Virus record (IMG/VR): IMGVR_UViG_3300042898_003763 | From: an uncultured virus (IMG/VR IMGVR_UViG_3300042898_003763) | Lineage: Duplodnaviria; Heunggongvirae; Uroviricota; Caudoviricetes | Length of the DNA stretch: 20,000 nt | Reading direction: 5' to 3' (one strand) | Part shown: positions 16,412 through 20,000 of the stretch, piece after piece | Numbering within the stretch: position 1 is the stretch's first letter | How the letters are laid out: every line of letters starts with the position of its first letter | Program-made: the position numbers and the translations under genes | The notes under the pieces: model-generated | What the model saw: the letters and a program-made list of their open reading frames with translations, nothing else | Database searches by the model: none | What the model was told of the DNA's origin: nothing

Positions 16412-16690
16412 TGGTTAGGGGGATAGATAGATTCGGAATTCAATGATATATGGATTAGGAGCTCTATACCCTTACTAGAGTCCAGACCCGCTGACTGACA
16501 ATTATAGGGGGGTCTGTTCAAAAGCTCTAGGGCTCTAAAGGCGACCATGGCGCTCTATAGCTTCGCTAGACCCACACCCATCGTCGTCGTGCCATTCTGG
16601 TCGATCAAACTCCTTGGGCTGTACTAGCGTATAGAGTCCTATTAGAATAGCGATGAGTATGAGGTATTTAGCGATCATGCCGTGTTGTGC

Positions 16691-16804
16691 TTAATATATC
16701 ATGCCTACGTAGAACATAATGCTCAGTGCTATAAGACACATGATGCCTGATGCTACTACGATGTTGTCTGGGTCTGATTTAATTAGCGTCATTGTTGCTT
16801 TCAT
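16691..16804 (-). CDS. Small membrane peptide, 37 aa
   Basis: Manual translation MKATMTLIKSDPDNIVVASGIMCLIALSIMFYVGMIY; abuts the upstream stop. Confidence 0.55.
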   Translation of the reverse strand: MKATMTLIKSDPDNIVVASGIMCLIALSIMFYVGMIY

Positions 16805-16933
16805 TTAGTTTGCTGTTAGTCGCTTAGGCTCTGGGCGTGAGGGGATCTGCTGTGTTTGGCCTGATGCTGCAAATGCTTTGATTGCTTCTGCGATTTGTTC
16901 TGGTGTCATTTTGGTCTCGTTTTTGTTTTTCAT
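16805..16933 (-). CDS. Small hypothetical protein, up to 42 aa (MTPEQIAEAIKAFAASGQ...)
   Basis: Manual translation; start at 16933 or the internal ATG at 16909. Confidence 0.55.
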   Translation of the reverse strand: MKNKNETKMTPEQIAEAIKAFAASGQTQQIPSRPEPKRLTAN

Positions 16934-16981
16934 AGTCTTATATTTATTTCTGGGAGATTGGGATTGTGATCTGTTCTTCTG

Positions 16982-17056
16982 TTACCATGCTAGCTCCTCT
17001 GCGGTTGGAATATAAACGTACTCGTCTTCGTTAATATCAAAAATCCAATAACCCAT
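16982..17056 (-). CDS. Possible 24-aa peptide (MGYWIFDINEDEYVYIPTAEELAW)
   Basis: TAATG coupling to the upstream gene. Confidence 0.45.
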   Translation of the reverse strand: MGYWIFDINEDEYVYIPTAEELAW

Positions 17057-17322
17057 TATGCCGTCTCTCTTGCTTTCATCATCTCGCTAAGGACATACTT
17101 TGCTACATTCAACTGCTTACGAATATACTCGTCGGTGCTAGGAGCAGGGATTGTAGGATTCTTCATTGCAATCATTTCCTGGCAATCACTAAGAATTCCC
17201 ATTACTACCATTTCCATGTGGGGTCTGGAAAGCTGAGCCGTAATCGATTCCAGGTATTCCTCACGGATCACTTCTTTGGACATACCGTACATCTCGATTT
17301 CTCGCATTCTTTCGTTGCTCAT
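17056..17322 (-). CDS. Early hypothetical protein, 88 aa (MSNERMREIEMYG...)
   Basis: The ORF-track start at 17427 runs through the promoter; ATG 17322 has an AAGGA RBS. Confidence 0.8.
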   Translation of the reverse strand: MSNERMREIEMYGMSKEVIREEYLESITAQLSRPHMEMVVMGILSDCQEMIAMKNPTIPAPSTDEYIRKQLNVAKYVLSEMMKARETA

Positions 17323-17355
17323 CTTTTCTTCCTTTTCCTTATTGTCCATATCGTT

Positions 17356-17389
17356 ATTATAGCACATTTTGTCCGAAAAGTCAAGCATT
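17356..17389 (-). promoter_or_regulatory. Repeated early promoter, copy 1
   Basis: AATGC-TTGACT-N17 (ending TGTGC)-TATAAT. Confidence 0.88.
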
Positions 17390-17437
17390 CTTTTTATAAA
17401 TCTGAGCCCGGTTTCTTGATCGAGCATTGTTACTTTG

Positions 17438-17596
17438 CTAATTATATCCTCGTTCGACGTGTTCTTCTTCCAGCGCTTTTACCACATCGCGAATGTAGTC
17501 TACGGGGTACTTCATCCGCAACGCAATCTCCTCTACTGAAGCACCCTCGGCCAACATCAATTCTATCGCTTCGTACTGTCGTTTTACTTGTGCCAT
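17438..17596 (-). CDS. Small HTH-like protein, 52 aa (MAQVKRQYEAIELMLAEGASVEEIALRMKYPVDYIRDVV...)
   Basis: Manual translation; GGGAG RBS; G.S.EEIA..M..P...IR pattern resembles a helix-turn-helix. Confidence 0.7.
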   Translation of the reverse strand: MAQVKRQYEAIELMLAEGASVEEIALRMKYPVDYIRDVVKALEEEHVERGYN

Positions 17597-17597
17597 A

Positions 17598-18500
17598 TTA
17601 CGCTCCCTGTGTCAGAACATACTTTGCCAACTGCTTCCAATCACCACCTTCTGCAGCGATCTTGGTAGTTGCTATCAGCGTACGAAGACTCAAATTCGAT
17701 ACATGGTCTTGATTCGCTTTGATGAATGCAATTGCATCGCGCTTTACCGTGATACTAAAGTCTTCTAAAAATTCTCTAGACTCAACTAGAACTTCCATGC
17801 GCTCTACTTTTTGCTCTTGTGTCATGCTGAGGTCTACGCAAAAAGCTCTAGACTTAACTGCTTGGTCGATACGATCTAGATCCATGTTGCTGATAAAAAT
17901 GATACTGCCTGTAAACTTAAATGACCTTGGGAGGTCTGGATCACGTATGTCTGCATTCCAGTTAATGTAGCGCTCGCCGTATGAGTCTAATGCACCCTTA
18001 AGCAAATTCAGCGCTACTGGGTCTTTGAGCACACTGTCGCAGTCATCGAACACCAGTACCATATTGTTACCTTCGAACAGCGTGCGATACAAGCCCTTTG
18101 CTGTGCTGAAGCCCTTAATAATGCGATACGACTTCGCAGTATTTACTAATGTACCAAGCTCGAACTCTGCGAGGTCTGTTACGTTTTTGTAGCCACTCTT
18201 TTCTAGAGAACCCAATACTGTATGGGTTTTGCCTAGGCCACCCTGACCTGTAATAATCGCTGAAGCAATCGTTTTCTTGCTGACCATACCGACCATTTGC
18301 TCTACGAACTCGAAGCGTTTATTGATACCAAACTCTGATACCTTTTGAGTAGCATTGTTTACATTGTTACCAACGACGAAGCCTAGCTTAGCTAACTGGT
18401 CTTTTACATATGATTCGTGCCTTGAGCGTGAAACCATCTTACCGTCAACAAAACCCTCAAAGCGATTCTTGCTAGAGTTGAACTTCACCTTAACGTCCAT
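17598..18500 (-). CDS. AAA+ / P-loop ATPase, 300 aa
   Basis: Walker A IITGQGGLGKT, Walker B LVFDDCD, sensor-1 IIFISN, arginine finger AVKSR, LSLR. Start moved to 18500 (AAGGAG RBS, downstream of the promoter). Confidence 0.88.
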   Translation of the reverse strand: MDVKVKFNSSKNRFEGFVDGKMVSRSRHESYVKDQLAKLGFVVGNNVNNATQKVSEFGINKRFEFVEQMVGMVSKKTIASAIITGQGGLGKTHTVLGSLEKSGYKNVTDLAEFELGTLVNTAKSYRIIKGFSTAKGLYRTLFEGNNMVLVFDDCDSVLKDPVALNLLKGALDSYGERYINWNADIRDPDLPRSFKFTGSIIFISNMDLDRIDQAVKSRAFCVDLSMTQEQKVERMEVLVESREFLEDFSITVKRDAIAFIKANQDHVSNLSLRTLIATTKIAAEGGDWKQLAKYVLTQGA

Positions 18501-18530
18501 TTGTTCTCCTTTTTTATTTTCCATGTTGCT

Positions 18531-18564
18531 ATTATAGCACATTTCGGACAAAAAGTCAAGCATT
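18531..18564 (-). promoter_or_regulatory. Repeated early promoter, copy 2
   Basis: AATGC-TTGACT-N17 (ending TGTGC)-TATAAT. Confidence 0.88.
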
Positions 18565-18567
18565 TTA

Positions 18568-18765
18568 TTATTGCTTAGGAGTTGTTAAATCGTTAACGAT
18601 TATTGCTTCAATGCGTGCGTCTTCGGCTGCATTCAATTGGGATCGCAAATCATAGTAGCCGCTCATGCTCAAGGCCATTTCATAGCTACCATCCTGACAA
18701 CTCTTCCAATGCTTGTTCGATTCCAGTAAAGCATCCATCTTCGCACGAATTTCTGTTTCTGTCAT
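18568..18765 (-). CDS. Hypothetical protein, 65 aa
   Basis: TAAGGAG RBS. Confidence 0.8.
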   Translation of the reverse strand: MTETEIRAKMDALLESNKHWKSCQDGSYEMALSMSGYYDLRSQLNAAEDARIEAIIVNDLTTPKQ

Positions 18766-18779
18766 TTCTTCTCCTTAAA

Positions 18780-18947
18780 TTACACTATATAGAAACACAC
18801 CAATGAACCAGTCTGACGCAGCCTTACGCTTGGCAAATTGTTTCCAATTTGTTTCTCGCTTTTCTCGGTAAGCTGTATGTTCAGAATTCCGCAGTCCTTC
18901 AATATAATTGCTTATAAGGGCAATTGGTGTGTTTCTATATAGCATAA
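18780..18947 (-). ncRNA. Putative structured RNA closed by a 20-bp perfect inverted repeat
   Basis: CTATATAGAAACACACCAAT (18785-18804) and its exact reverse complement (18923-18942); internal stems including CAAATTG-GAAA-CAATTTG on the minus strand. Confidence 0.6.
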
Positions 18948-18952
18948 ATTGT

Positions 18953-19204
18953 CTAAACTAAATCCACTTGTACATCAACCGTCACCTTGTTCATTTTGTA
19001 ATCATATATGCCTAAGCGCTGACTGATTCCACCGCACTTCTCTCTAGCCATCATATGTAGCGTTTGCTCTACAGCGCAATACTGTGTAGTATAAACAAAG
19101 CTGTCTACGATCTCTCCAATCGTCATATAGAGGCCAACACCGTCTACGATAGCTCTGATTTTCTGCGAGTTCTTGAACCCTTTGATCACTGCCGCTCTAC
19201 GCAT
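18953..19204 (-). CDS. Early hypothetical protein, 83 aa
   Basis: AAGGGG RBS, directly downstream of promoter copy 3. Confidence 0.8.
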   Translation of the reverse strand: MRRAAVIKGFKNSQKIRAIVDGVGLYMTIGEIVDSFVYTTQYCAVEQTLHMMAREKCGGISQRLGIYDYKMNKVTVDVQVDLV

Positions 19205-19236
19205 AACTGCCCCTTTTCTTTATTGTCTATATGCAT

Positions 19237-19270
19237 ATTATAGCACAGTTTGACCAAAAAGTCAAGCATT
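19237..19270 (-). promoter_or_regulatory. Repeated early promoter, copy 3
   Basis: AATGC-TTGACT-N17 (ending TGTGC)-TATAAT. Confidence 0.88.
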
Positions 19271-19610
19271 TTGTTAGAATAGATAGAGTTGTTAATATAA
19301 TAAGTCTAGCTGCCGCCGTTGAGCGCTAGAGTTGTTAGAACAATAATATTAATAAAAATATAATATAACAAGCATGCAACATCAAGTACATCAAGTACAT
19401 CTACGGAAAGCTAGTACTCTACGCACGCTACCGATCTATCTACGCCCTCTATACATTCTGACACTATATATGCTATTCTGTATAGGCTCGATTATTCTAT
19501 ATGTTCTATATACTCTATATGCCATATCGATCTAATCTGTACTTTAACGTTGCTTTTTGCTTTTTGCCCCTTGAGAAGCCGCACTGTTGTTGACTTATTT
19601 CGATGCTATA

Positions 19611-19934
19611 TTACGTTTTTTCTTTTGTTCCTACCCATGCTTCTATTGTAGTAACCTTAAGTTCTTTCATTGCGTTTACTCTATGATATCCGTCAATGAT
19701 ATTACCGTCGCTACCAATCACTATGAGAGGTGCTTTCGTATTCATTTGTTTGTATTTTTCTACATTTGCTTGATTTAGATTAGAGAGATTGCTCATTAAT
19801 GAGTTTAGCGGAATAGTCATTAGCACAAAATGATCGTTAGTATTGACTATATTGTTACGCCAATCTTCATGCGAGGTTGTGCCCATTACGTTTTTTAGGT
19901 ATATGAGAATGTCCTGCACAGACATCGTTGTCAT
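19611..19934 (-). CDS. Stand-alone ParB/Srx N-terminal-domain protein
   Basis: PLIVIGSDGNIIDGYHRVNAM..L....IEAW matches the ParB/sulfiredoxin IIDG.HR motif. Confidence 0.75.
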   Translation of the reverse strand: MTTMSVQDILIYLKNVMGTTSHEDWRNNIVNTNDHFVLMTIPLNSLMSNLSNLNQANVEKYKQMNTKAPLIVIGSDGNIIDGYHRVNAMKELKVTTIEAWVGTKEKT

Positions 19935-20000
19935 ACTAATTGATTAGATGTATCGATCTATATGTAGACCGGAGTACGTAGCATACTTTAACAAACTGTT

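Noticed and set aside
16159..16548. 129-aa minus-strand ORF
   Set aside because: Ser/Pro/Thr-rich translation of the repeat tract with no clear RBS. Only the last 26 codons (16159-16239) might encode a hydrophobic peptide, and that is unsupported.
17323..18563. Long N-termini beginning MLDQ/MLDF...MCYN in ORFs 17056-17427 and 17598-18563 as a shared protein motif
   Set aside because: They are translations of the repeated promoter (TTGACT...TATAAT); the real starts are downstream. In-frame ATGs near +1 in copies 1 and 2 could be leaderless starts, but copy 3 has ATA at that position.
18805..18922. tRNA, hammerhead ribozyme or c-di-GMP-I riboswitch identity for the structured element
   Set aside because: No cloverleaf or T-loop, no CUGANGA core, and the GEMM consensus flanks around the GAAA hairpin are missing on the transcribed strand.
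19379..19401. ACATCAAGT tandem duplication
   Set aside because: About 2.5 copies of a 9-mer in an intergenic region, consistent with simple slippage.
884..19778. All plus-strand ORFs in the track (for example 884-1213, 5417-5761, 10770-11255, 17218-17712)
   Set aside because: They lie antisense to well-supported minus-strand genes, have atypical Ser/Ile/Phe-rich composition and show no recognisable motifs.

Overview
AT-rich, densely packed segment of a large T4-like (Tevenvirinae-like) myovirus genome. Every credible gene is on the minus strand; the + strand ORFs look like antisense shadows. In transcription order (right to left): (i) 16-20 kb is an early region with three near-identical strong sigma70 promoters, a ParB-like gene, an AAA+ ATPase, a small HTH-like gene, a structured RNA candidate closed by a perfect 20-bp inverted repeat (18785-18942) and a repeat-rich non-coding tract. 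(ii) 9.8-15.8 kb is a translationally coupled train of about 25 small genes, nine of them paralogues with a constant-variable-constant layout (MNERI...KFAELIVxEC...IKEHFGVE) whose constant blocks are conserved at the nucleotide level. (iii) 0-9.8 kb holds conserved T4-like genes (RNase H, DsbA-like, WYL_2/DUF2693-like, putative virion proteins, late promoters) mixed with sugar-nucleotide enzymes (Gmm-like Nudix, eukaryote-type phosphomannomutase, HxGH nucleotidyltransferase-cupin fusion, possible glycosyltransferase). Main leads: the shuffled paralogue cassette array, a complete -1 ribosomal frameshift signal at 1838-1794 that would add an amphipathic-helix tail, the inverted-repeat RNA, and a possible phage mannose-activation pathway. 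All family assignments are from motif recognition, not database searches.
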